Positions 49,584 through 58,067 of a stretch of DNA of 64,000 bases are shown in pieces. Origin of the DNA: Alphaproteobacteria bacterium (lineage in GTDB: Bacteria; Pseudomonadota; Alphaproteobacteria; UBA828); contig CBDCQT010000003.1 in assembly GCA_965220745.1 (NCBI GenBank), forward strand, positions 174,653-238,652, given 5' to 3'. Below the pieces are notes generated by a model. It worked only from the letters and a program-made list of their open reading frames with translations. It had not been told where the DNA came from and searched no databases. The position numbers were made by a program, and so were the translations under genes. Numbering within the stretch: the first letter of the stretch is position 1; every line of letters begins with the position of its first letter.

Positions 49584-50084
49584 TCAGGTTGCTTGGCTTC
49601 CGTCTTCTGAAGCCTCTTGCTCCAATTGCCGGGACCGATGTGCTTCCCCCGGTGCGGTCCCGATATCCATGACTGGCCCCACACTGCGAACCACGGAAAG
49701 GGCGTTCAGGCGACGGTCTTTCGGTGCATCGGCCAAGCATTTGATCACAGCACGGAGCATGTCTTTCTGCGACGGATACGAAAGCCCAGCACGAATCCGC
49801 TCGACAGCAAGCTCACCACCGCAAGCGGCCCTCAGGTCTGCCTCGTTTGTGAGCTGAAATGTAACGGCCGTTGTCCGCCCCCCTGCAACTTCGCGAAACG
49901 CTGCGCGCTGTTCATCCAGCGTAGCCTGTCTCAGCCAATAATGGAGGGCCGCCTCTACCGCGGAAGATTGCGTAAGCCTGCCATAGTTGTCGTGATATTC
50001 GTTGCTCAGCTTAGCGACCAGCTCGCGCAGTTCCAAGCGCGCCGTCTCGGTCATCTTCACGACGATCTTGTGTGTAACTGCCAT
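49584..50084 (-). CDS. Putative tandem ribbon-helix-helix DNA-binding protein
   Basis: HKIVVKMT..TQSSAVEAAL and AVTFQLT..SQKDMLRAVI. Confidence 0.45.
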   Translation of the reverse strand: MAVTHKIVVKMTETARLELRELVAKLSNEYHDNYGRLTQSSAVEAALHYWLRQATLDEQRAAFREVAGGRTTAVTFQLTNEADLRAACGGELAVERIRAGLSYPSQKDMLRAVIKCLADAPKDRRLNALSVVRSVGPVMDIGTAPGEAHRSRQLEQEASEDGSQAT

Positions 50085-50339
50085 TTCACCACGAATTGAA
50101 AATGGATAGAGCCTCATTACAGCGAAACACAACCCGGTTGTCAAGAGCGCAATAGCGCGTGCGGTTGCCAACCCAACGGTCAAGGTAAGCCCTGCGGAGG
50201 GCGACCTGGCCAAGCTCGGGGTGATCCTGCGTCTGCGCGAAGACGAAAGCCGGTTTGGCCCCCGGGGGCGCGCCTGCTCCCGCTGACCGGGTGCAGATTC
50301 ATTTTCTTTGGAACGTTCGCTTGAATGTATTTGGTTTGA

Positions 50340-50611
50340 AGGCCCGAAGGGAGAACTTCCATGCAGACCGAGAAGCCCCGCCTGTAAGTGTCCAGCGCTT
50401 GCTCGAAGCGGCCCTCCTCGTAGGGCCTGCTGCCGAGATGGGCGTGGCCGTCGACGTACCACGGATAGCGGGTGACGAACTCTTCCAGGGCACGGCAATA
50501 GCGCGTTTCCGGGAGGGCGTCTGAGTTGCGCCGTTCCAGAAGATGGTCGAGCTAGTCCACCGCCTCGTCGTACTCCGACGGATGGGCGAAAACGCAGACG
50601 TCGTCGTGCAT
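50340..50611 (-). pseudogene. TPR-like protein fragment
   Basis: FVTRYPWYVDGHAHLG..YEEGRFEQALDTYRRG with in-frame TAG at 50552-50554. Confidence 0.45.
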
Positions 50612-50696
50612 TTCGAAGGCGATCGCCACGGCGGTGCTCTCTCCACTATTTCCATCGTTTCGGTCGAGTACCGGTGGAGCGGCGGCCTCCCGGAAG

Positions 50697-50972
50697 TCAG
50701 GGATCGGGTCTGGCGGCCAGCACCTCGTCGAGGCTGGCCGCGATCAGCACCGCCTCCGCCCAGGCTTCCAGATCGGAGGCTGACCCGCCGCGAACCTGCT
50801 CGCGAACGGCCTCCGGCAATGCTCCGAAACGCAGTTCCATCAGGCGGAGAAGCAGCCCGGCTTGGCCCGTGGCGATACCCTCGGCCAAGCCCTCGGTCCG
50901 TCCCTGGGTTCGTCCGCGTTCAACCCCCTCAGCTCTTCCCTGTTCGATCCAGGCTTCCGCCACCGTGCCCAT
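50697..50972 (-). CDS. Internal RpnS-type antitoxin ORF (91 aa)
   Basis: GGGAGG-cgctg-ATG retained. Confidence 0.65.
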   Translation of the reverse strand: MGTVAEAWIEQGRAEGVERGRTQGRTEGLAEGIATGQAGLLLRLMELRFGALPEAVREQVRGGSASDLEAWAEAVLIAASLDEVLAARPDP

Positions 50973-51688
50973 CAGCGCCTCCCAGCGGTCCGGCTTGGTC
51001 CGGCGCAACGACGCCTCCAGCAAAGGCGGCGTCAGGTTCATGCGCTCCGCGATGTAGCGAATAATATGGCGCTCGAACTCGCTCCCCGCAACCGGCCCGC
51101 CGGTCATCTGATCGAGAATGTCAGGCGGGATGGCGTCGGCATGGACCACCTTGAGCGCCAGCAGCCCGGCCCGCACCTCAGGCGTGCGAGAGAGCCGGAG
51201 CGGCGCGATCTCCCCGAGATCATGCAGCACGTAGGCAAACTCCCGCAGGAAGGGTGCGAGCTCGGCGGGCGCCTCGATCATTTCCGCCACCGAGTGGGCC
51301 GCCGTCCATCGACCCTGGCCGCGGTAGAAGACGAGCGGGATGATCGGCGGGAGCCTGTCCTTGGCCGTGCCGCCCTCGATCTCGCGGAGCCAGATGTTGG
51401 CCATGTACTTCAGAATCTGAAGGGGCGTGTCGGCGTCGACATTGCTCTTGTGCTCGAGGAGGACATAGATCCGGGCCGGGTGTCCGGTCTTGAGTCTCAC
51501 CTTGAACAGGGCGTCGCACTGTGTCCTCGCGGCGTCTGCGTCGATGAAGCTGCCCTCGACCGCCTCGGGCGGAGTATCGGGATCGAGCAGATCGGCGACT
51601 TCCTGGGGAAGGTATTCCGCGAGCAGCGCGCCCGCACGCGCCGGGTTCGCGACCAGCGCCTGGAACAGCGCGTCGTGGGAAGGCTCAC
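50697..51688 (-). pseudogene. Rpn gene frameshifted by a 10-bp deletion near codon 7
   Basis: CCCACGACGCGCTGTTC versus intact CCCACGACGCCGCACGACGCACTGTTC. Confidence 0.85.
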
Positions 51689-52233
51689 CGGGCGGTCTTC
51701 ACAGCAGCAGCACCTGACGAGGGGCGGGAGATTGCCAACGTGTGTGTGCGACGGCGATCAATTCCGACATGGCGCCAGCCTACGCCGAACCGGCAGTCCC
51801 GGTCGACCGGGATGCGCGGGCTTAGTGCGAGCGACTTTGATACTCCTTGATCGCGATCCGGAGCGCCCGGGCTGCGGCGTCCGAGCCCGCACCTCGGCGC
51901 AGATGCGGCGCGTGCCGATACGTTTATTCCAGTGTACGTTGAAAGGATGCCGTCGGAACGCGCAGCGGATTCCACCTGCACGAGCCTGATTTGCCAGATG
52001 GAGCCGGGCACCGACTCTTCTCACGTTTTACGTGATGCTCTGCTTCGCCGTGATGAAGGGCCTTTTGAGGCTCATCACCCTCCTATGGACGGTTGGCGAA
52101 GGCGGCGCCGTTGCGGGCCGTCGCGCCCTGCTCGGAGAGCAGCCGCTCAAGCAGCACCGGGACGGTGCGATTGGGCGGGAACAGATCCGCGAGTATATTG
52201 GTGTATTCACCCCCTTACTTGAGGCTCAAATGA

Positions 52234-52959
52234 ATGGTTTGGAAAGTGAAGGATGGAAGCTCTAACGATTCGCCAGCCATAGTAAAGCAAGTATTGTGGA
52301 TAATAAAGAGACCAACATGGCAAGAAACTCCCATACTGGCGTCGTTTATTGCCGTAATCATGTTAGGTTCTGCTGCTGGCACCGTGCTGGGTATTGTAGT
52401 TGGAATACTCAGTCTTTTTTCTACTTCTCCATCTCCACCTTCAAATACGGAGGTCTCAGCAGGCAGTGCCGTAACATGGCATCGCGAATCGGGATCAAAG
52501 TCGGGGCCGTGCGAGGTTAGCCAACCTTTTCTTGAGCAAATACGTGATGAACTACATTGCGGCGGCAACGATCCGCTAAATCGGATCGAAAACGAAGGGC
52601 TTCGGCTTCGTGAGATCCTCAGAAATGAGCGAGGAGAAGAAAAGAGGACCTATCCAGACTATTTCGTATTCTATTCGTCGCCATTGGGCGGCAATCGAAA
52701 TCAAATGGATATCGCCTTAAGCGAAGAGGTGGAGGCCATGATAGGAGTGCGTACGTTTGAAAAGAAAGATGCACAGATTGTAGCGACTATGCCCATTCGC
52801 AAGTTATCAAGAGCTCAATCTTTTCCTAGAGATAGTTTGGTAGGGATAGAGCGAGTGGTTGTGTTCGTGTTTCCTATCAACGCAACAGGTAGTAGGGTTG
52901 TGAGCGAGAATGAGTTTGAAAAATTCACGACAACTTCGTTCGAGGAGGAAGATCAATGA
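52234..52959 (+). CDS. Hypothetical membrane-anchored protein (low GC)
   Basis: Long ORF in AT-rich DNA with a TM segment; start uncertain. Confidence 0.65.
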   Translation: MVWKVKDGSSNDSPAIVKQVLWIIKRPTWQETPILASFIAVIMLGSAAGTVLGIVVGILSLFSTSPSPPSNTEVSAGSAVTWHRESGSKSGPCEVSQPFLEQIRDELHCGGNDPLNRIENEGLRLREILRNERGEEKRTYPDYFVFYSSPLGGNRNQMDIALSEEVEAMIGVRTFEKKDAQIVATMPIRKLSRAQSFPRDSLVGIERVVVFVFPINATGSRVVSENEFEKFTTTSFEEEDQ

Positions 52960-53471
52960 GAGCACAAGTGTTGGTAGTCGCCGTTTGGGCTTTGACTGTG
53001 ATTCTATCTGCGCCCGTGCAGGCACAGGATCCTACTGTCTTGGCACGGATTTTGAAGGTCGACAATAGCTTCGAGAACTACATGCCCCTGACTGAGGCGA
53101 CGGTGACTGTCCTTGCGGACGGGGAACGCTTTACTGTTTTGACTATGCAGACGGATTCAAATGGCTATATCGAATTCGATGTTCCATTGCGCTCGCCTTT
53201 CTCTCTCGTGTTTCATGGAGGGGCTGACCGCGTGCCACAGATGACATCTCTTGCAGGTGAGATGTTTTCAAGCAACCAAATTCATGTCTGCTTGCTTACC
53301 ATAGCTGAGTACATTGAACGGTATGGTGACGAAGCGTATTATAAAGTTAAGGCTGAAACTGATGCTATATTGTTTGAAATAAGGAGAGTGCGGAAAGCAA
53401 CAGACGGAACAAGTGAGGAACTTGACGCGCTAGAGCATTCCATAAACGAGCTACTTGGTAGGGTCGGCTAG
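52956..53471 (+). CDS. Exported hypothetical protein (low GC)
   Basis: GAGGAGG RBS, ATGA overlap, signal peptide VQA-Q, QTDSNGY beta-sandwich-like motif. Confidence 0.7.
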   Translation: MRAQVLVVAVWALTVILSAPVQAQDPTVLARILKVDNSFENYMPLTEATVTVLADGERFTVLTMQTDSNGYIEFDVPLRSPFSLVFHGGADRVPQMTSLAGEMFSSNQIHVCLLTIAEYIERYGDEAYYKVKAETDAILFEIRRVRKATDGTSEELDALEHSINELLGRVG

Positions 53472-53841
53472 ACTGTCGAATCTTGTGGGTTAATCAGTTA
53501 TGAGAACGTGATCGATCGGCCGCCACATCTGCCCCGCCGTTATGGGAAACATGCTGGTAGCCGATCTCCAGATGGATGCCAGCCGCTTCCTCAGCTTCCT
53601 GAGCGCAGTCCACCTGGCCGAGCCCGACCAGGAGAACGCCTGCGGCAGCACCAACGATGATTCGCTTTGCGCCTTCTTCCTTTGTTTGGCTGGGGTCGGC
53701 GCTGGAGATTGGGAGACACCGCTCGAACGCGGATCCCAAGGCGGCGCTGGGCAAGAAGGGAAGCGCCGCCTGAACTCGGCGTCTGATGCCATCGGACTTC
53801 ACTGGGGGTCTCGTGCCGGCCAAACGGTGGCCGCCCGCAAG

Positions 53842-54141
53842 TCAGGGTCCGGGTCTGGCCGCCAGCACTTCGTCGAGGCTGGCCGCGACCAGCACCGCCG
53901 CCGCCCAGGCTTCGAGTTCGGAGGCCGACGCGCCGCGAACCCGCTCGCGGACCGCCTCCGGCAATTCACCGAAACGCAGTTCCAGCTGGCGACGCAGGAA
54001 CTCAGCCTGGCCCGTGGCAATACCTTGGGCCAGTCCCTCTGTTCGTCCCTCGGCCAGACCCTCTGTTCGTCCCTCGGTCCGGCCGCGTTCGATCCCCTCT
54101 GCTCTTCCCTGTTCGATCCAGGCTTCCGCCACCGTGCCCAT
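53842..54141 (-). CDS. Internal RpnS-type antitoxin ORF (99 aa)
   Basis: GGGAGG-cgctg-ATG in frame. Confidence 0.65.
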   Translation of the reverse strand: MGTVAEAWIEQGRAEGIERGRTEGRTEGLAEGRTEGLAQGIATGQAEFLRRQLELRFGELPEAVRERVRGASASELEAWAAAVLVAASLDEVLAARPGP

Positions 54142-54867
54142 CAGCGCCTCCCAGCGGTCCGGCTTCGTCCGGCGCAACGACGCCTCCAGCAAGGGCGGCG
54201 TCAGGTTCATGCGCTCGGCGATGTAACGAACAATATGGCGCTCGAACTCGCTCCCCGCAACCGGCCCGCCGGTCATCTGATCGAGAATCTCGGGCGGGAT
54301 GGCGTCGGCATGGACCACCTTGAGCGCCAGCAGCCCGGCCCGTACCTCGGGCGTTCGGGAGAGCCGGAGCGGCGCGATCTCCCCGAGATCGTGCAGGACG
54401 TAGGCGAACTCCCGCAGGAAGGGTGCCAGCTCTTCGGGGGCCTCGATCATTTCCACCACCGAGCGGGCCGCCGTCCAACGCCCCTGGCCGTGGTAGAAGA
54501 CGAGCGGGATGATTGGCGGGAGCCTGTCCCTGGCGGTGCCGCCCTCGATCTCGCGGAGCCAGATGTTGGCCATGTACTTCAGAATCTGCAGCGGCGTGCC
54601 GGCGTCGACGCTGCTCTTGTGCTCGAGGAGCACGTAGATCCGGGCCGGGTGTCCGGTCTTGAGTCTGACCCTGAAGAGGGCGTCGCACTGTGTCCTCGCG
54701 GCGTCCGCGTCGACGAAGCTGCCCTCGACCGCCTCGGGCGGAGTATCGGGATCGAGCAGATCGGCGACTTCCTGAGGAAGATACTCCGCGAGCAGCGCGC
54801 CGGCACGAGCTGGGTTGGCGACCAGCGCCCGGAACAGTGCGTCGTGCGGCGTCGTGGGAAGGCTCAC
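53842..54867 (-). CDS. Intact Rpn family recombination-promoting nuclease (YhgA-like)
   Basis: PHDALFRAL, SFVD, CDALFRV, YVLLEHKS, LPPIIPLVFYHG, DUF4351-like tail. Confidence 0.92.
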   Translation of the reverse strand: MSLPTTPHDALFRALVANPARAGALLAEYLPQEVADLLDPDTPPEAVEGSFVDADAARTQCDALFRVRLKTGHPARIYVLLEHKSSVDAGTPLQILKYMANIWLREIEGGTARDRLPPIIPLVFYHGQGRWTAARSVVEMIEAPEELAPFLREFAYVLHDLGEIAPLRLSRTPEVRAGLLALKVVHADAIPPEILDQMTGGPVAGSEFERHIVRYIAERMNLTPPLLEASLRRTKPDRWEALMGTVAEAWIEQGRAEGIERGRTEGRTEGLAEGRTEGLAQGIATGQAEFLRRQLELRFGELPEAVRERVRGASASELEAWAAAVLVAASLDEVLAARPGP

Positions 54868-55544
54868 CCGGCATCCTTCCTGGCAGCGGCACCCGGCAAC
54901 GGGCTGGGGATGTACAACGTGTGCGCGACGGCGATCAATTCCGACATGGTGCCAGCCTACGCCGAACCGGCAGTCCCGGTCGACCGGGATGCGCGGGTTC
55001 AGCGGGACGGGTCCTGCGACTCATCAATCGCGATCCGGAGGGCCGTCTAGCGGGCGCCCTCGCCGACGGCATCGGCCGGATCGGCAATGGGCGGGTGACG
55101 GGTTGCCGGCACGGCGGTTGGCGCCTCGAACGTTCCCGGTTTCGACCGCTTGCACCGAAACAACATCGGGTGCCGATGCTCCACGGGCATTGGAGAACAT
55201 GATCATTGTCGGCGCGCTCAGGCTGAGCGGAATGACCCACGGTGCTCTTCGGCGCCATGCACGGCACCGTTCTCTTCACGCACGTCGGGCAGGTGCCGGT
55301 GTCGTCCGCGCCTGAGGTCGGCTACAGGGTCGCGATGGACGAGCTGCCCCGCCGACGTGCTGCGTGGCGCAACTCATCGGTCTCACCGTCGAGGAGTTCA
55401 GCGGGCACCACGATGTCTCCGGCGGCAGGCATCCTCCACCTCCTGAATTCCCTGACCGCCAACCCTGTAGCGGTTGCGGCCGATGGCAAGCGCGATCTCG
55501 CGCCCGGAAGGGCCGTGCCGGCATCACGAACATTTGATCGCCAT

Positions 55545-55597
55545 ACTGGATCGTACTCCTGCGTACTCATGTCGTCCTATGTCGTCCTATGTCGTCG
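55545..55597 (-). promoter_or_regulatory. Five 10-bp direct repeats upstream of the HTH operon (copy 2)
   Basis: ACGACATAGG-ACGACATAGG-ACGACATGAG-TACGCAGGAG-TACGATCCAG on the minus strand. Confidence 0.75.
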
Positions 55598-55696
55598 CAT
55601 TTGACCAATTTCTGTAGCGAATCGCCTTTTCACTACAGTTGGTTGGAGGATTTTCTCCGGTTGCTTGGGGGAGTTTGATCTCTATATGTTCTCCTC

Positions 55697-56341
55697 ATGA
55701 GCACGTCACTCCACATCGACCGCATGACCCGAGGCAGCCGTCAGGCGCTGATCGACAGCGCCGAGGCGCACGGCACCGAGGTGCACAGCATCGAGGCGTT
55801 GGTGGCTCGCGAGCATTTCTCGCGCTCCGCCCTCGGCAGAGCTGCGCCTAGGGACGCGTCGTGCCCTGGCCGTCTCGGCGGGGGCTCGGACGTGCGCCTC
55901 GGCACTGCCGACACGGTGCCGGCCCCCAAAAGCCTGGAGCCCATCGGCCCCCGCTTCCTGCGGGAGGTCGATGCCCTCCTCGAGGAGACCGGCATCGAGC
56001 CGCAAAGGTTCGGCGAGAGGGCAATGAGCGGTCCCGGCTTCGTGCTCAGGCCGGGGCGGGGTTTCCGGTCGATGCGACAGCACTCAAGGGAGAGAGAATA
56101 TGGACGAGAACACTCGCCTCATGACCACGCGGGAGGCGGCGGCGTACGTGGGCCTGAGCCACCGCACGCTGGAGAACTACCGATCGCGCGGTGGGGGTCC
56201 GCCTTTCTATGTCGTCGGCAGCGTACTCGTGCGCTATCTGCTGTCCGAAGTCCTGAAGTGGGCAGTGGCGCGGCGCCGGCATTCGACCTCCGACGACGGC
56301 CTCACGGACGCGACCCCGGAAGACGGGGACGACGACGATGA
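55697..56341 (+). CDS. Degenerate tandem Cro/Xre-like HTH protein (copy 2)
   Basis: Homologue of 27091-27729; FLREVDALLEETGIEPQRFG. Confidence 0.4.
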   Translation: MSTSLHIDRMTRGSRQALIDSAEAHGTEVHSIEALVAREHFSRSALGRAAPRDASCPGRLGGGSDVRLGTADTVPAPKSLEPIGPRFLREVDALLEETGIEPQRFGERAMSGPGFVLRPGRGFRSMRQHSREREYGREHSPHDHAGGGGVRGPEPPHAGELPIARWGSAFLCRRQRTRALSAVRSPEVGSGAAPAFDLRRRPHGRDPGRRGRRR

Positions 56342-56366
56342 CGGCACCGGGAATTCGGGGCCATGA
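56100..56366 (+). CDS. AlpA/excisionase-type winged HTH protein (copy 2)
   Basis: Three substitutions relative to copy 1. Confidence 0.88.
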   Translation: MDENTRLMTTREAAAYVGLSHRTLENYRSRGGGPPFYVVGSVLVRYLLSEVLKWAVARRRHSTSDDGLTDATPEDGDDDDDGTGNSGP

Positions 56367-56873
56367 CCGTCGGCGCCGGTCTGCTTCTGGTCGTTCCGTC
56401 GCCTCGGCAATCGGACCCGCTGTCTGCTTTCCGGCATTCCTGCCTGAGCATCTGCGCGGCGGAGGCACTCGAGGCTGGACGACGGTTTGCCCGTAGAACG
56501 AGGTCAAAGGCGGTCTCGCCTTGAACGCGGAGGACACGGAGGCAGGTTCGGAAGCTGGGCAGGTGCCGGCAGCGGCGGACATCGATCCGGCGAGTGCTCT
56601 ATGGGGAGAGTTCTCCCCATAGAGCCTCTGCGCTTCGCCGCTCGCAACGCCGATGCCGCACCCCGCAGAACGGTGCGACTGCCCGTCAGGTCGCGAATTC
56701 TGCCTGGACGGCAGGTGCGCGCCCCTCCCAGCGCTGCACGACACGGTTCGGGTCTCGGTGACCGTCGCCGGGGGCCGGAGCGCCCTGTTCGGGGACTGGC
56801 CGGTCCCCTCCGCGGCGGCTGGGGCGAGGCCGCTCCCCGCAGAAGCGGAGGCTTCAACAGCGGAGGCGTCGAC

Positions 56874-58067
56874 ATGAAGAGGCTGGGACGCGCTATCGAG
56901 CAGGTTCTGTATATCGTCTGGCGGGACTGGCGCGACTGGTACGCGTTCGCCTGGTTCTTCGTCTTCGTCGCTGCCGTGTTCGGGCTGGGGGCGGCGATCT
57001 GGATCACCGTCGCGAGGTACACGGCGCACGACTGGCACGTCTTCGGCGTCTACGTGCTCAGCGAATTCCTTCTGTTCCTTCCATTCACGTCGGGCAAGAC
57101 CAAGAAGATCCGCGACCTGGACGGGGAAGTGCTGGTCTGGACCATCGAGGCCATCACGAGGCATGGCTATATCCTCGACCTGCGCGACCGCATGCTGGGC
57201 GATGCCCTCGGCGCCGCCCTGTGGGGCGGCGGTCTTGGCGCCAGCCTCCTGCTCGGAGTGCTCGTCGTCTTGCGCATCGTCCACTGGCGACATTCGAGGC
57301 GCCACCGGGGCGCCGGAGAGAAGCGTGGGGCCCTCTCACCCCGACGCTGGATCGGCCTCTGGTTCGACCGAATACTGCGCGTCCTCCCGGCGTCCGTGCG
57401 ATTTGCCTGGAAGACTGCGAAGGGATACGCGCACAGCGGCAGCGCGGAACGCCGGGACGCCGAAGCGGCTGTCGGCAAACATCATGCCGCGGTGGGCGCG
57501 GCGGAAGGCGCGGCCGCCGGCCCTGCACGGCAGCGAAGAATTCCCGCGATTCCTGCAACATTCGGCAAGCTGACGGCCAAGCTGTTCGAACTGGCGCGAT
57601 CAGGAAGGCTGGACCGGACGGATGCTGCGGAGGCGCCTCGTGGCCAAGCGCGTCTTCAGTTCGACCATCGCCCTGTCAACGAGGCGTACAGAGATTCGTC
57701 AAGCCAGCGCTTGCCGGCGACCTCGCCAGCAGCACCGACGGCATCGGCGCCCGCCGTGCTCCACGATTCTGCCAACCCGAGGCATTTCGAACCGGCGAGC
57801 CACATGCCGCACCTTCAGCAGCAAGTTTCCCGCGATGTCCGCAAATCCGAAGCCGGTGGCGGCGCCTCGCCAAAGCCCGGTCCTTCGCAGGTGCCTCAGG
57901 ACGCCGCTCGCGACGATGGCACGGACAAAAGCCCGTCGCCAGCGCCCCAAGGCGAACGCGCCGCCTCCGCTGACAGAATGCCGGGATCGAACGACCGGCC
58001 GCTATCCGCCGCCAGTCGACACGGCCGCGGGAGAAGGCGCCGCCGCGCCAGCCAGGACTTCTACTGA
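56874..58067 (+). CDS. TraD-like coupling-protein N-terminal portion lacking ATPase (copy 2)
   Basis: Homologue of 25358-26533; GGAGG RBS. Confidence 0.5.
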   Translation: MKRLGRAIEQVLYIVWRDWRDWYAFAWFFVFVAAVFGLGAAIWITVARYTAHDWHVFGVYVLSEFLLFLPFTSGKTKKIRDLDGEVLVWTIEAITRHGYILDLRDRMLGDALGAALWGGGLGASLLLGVLVVLRIVHWRHSRRHRGAGEKRGALSPRRWIGLWFDRILRVLPASVRFAWKTAKGYAHSGSAERRDAEAAVGKHHAAVGAAEGAAAGPARQRRIPAIPATFGKLTAKLFELARSGRLDRTDAAEAPRGQARLQFDHRPVNEAYRDSSSQRLPATSPAAPTASAPAVLHDSANPRHFEPASHMPHLQQQVSRDVRKSEAGGGASPKPGPSQVPQDAARDDGTDKSPSPAPQGERAASADRMPGSNDRPLSAASRHGRGRRRRRASQDFY

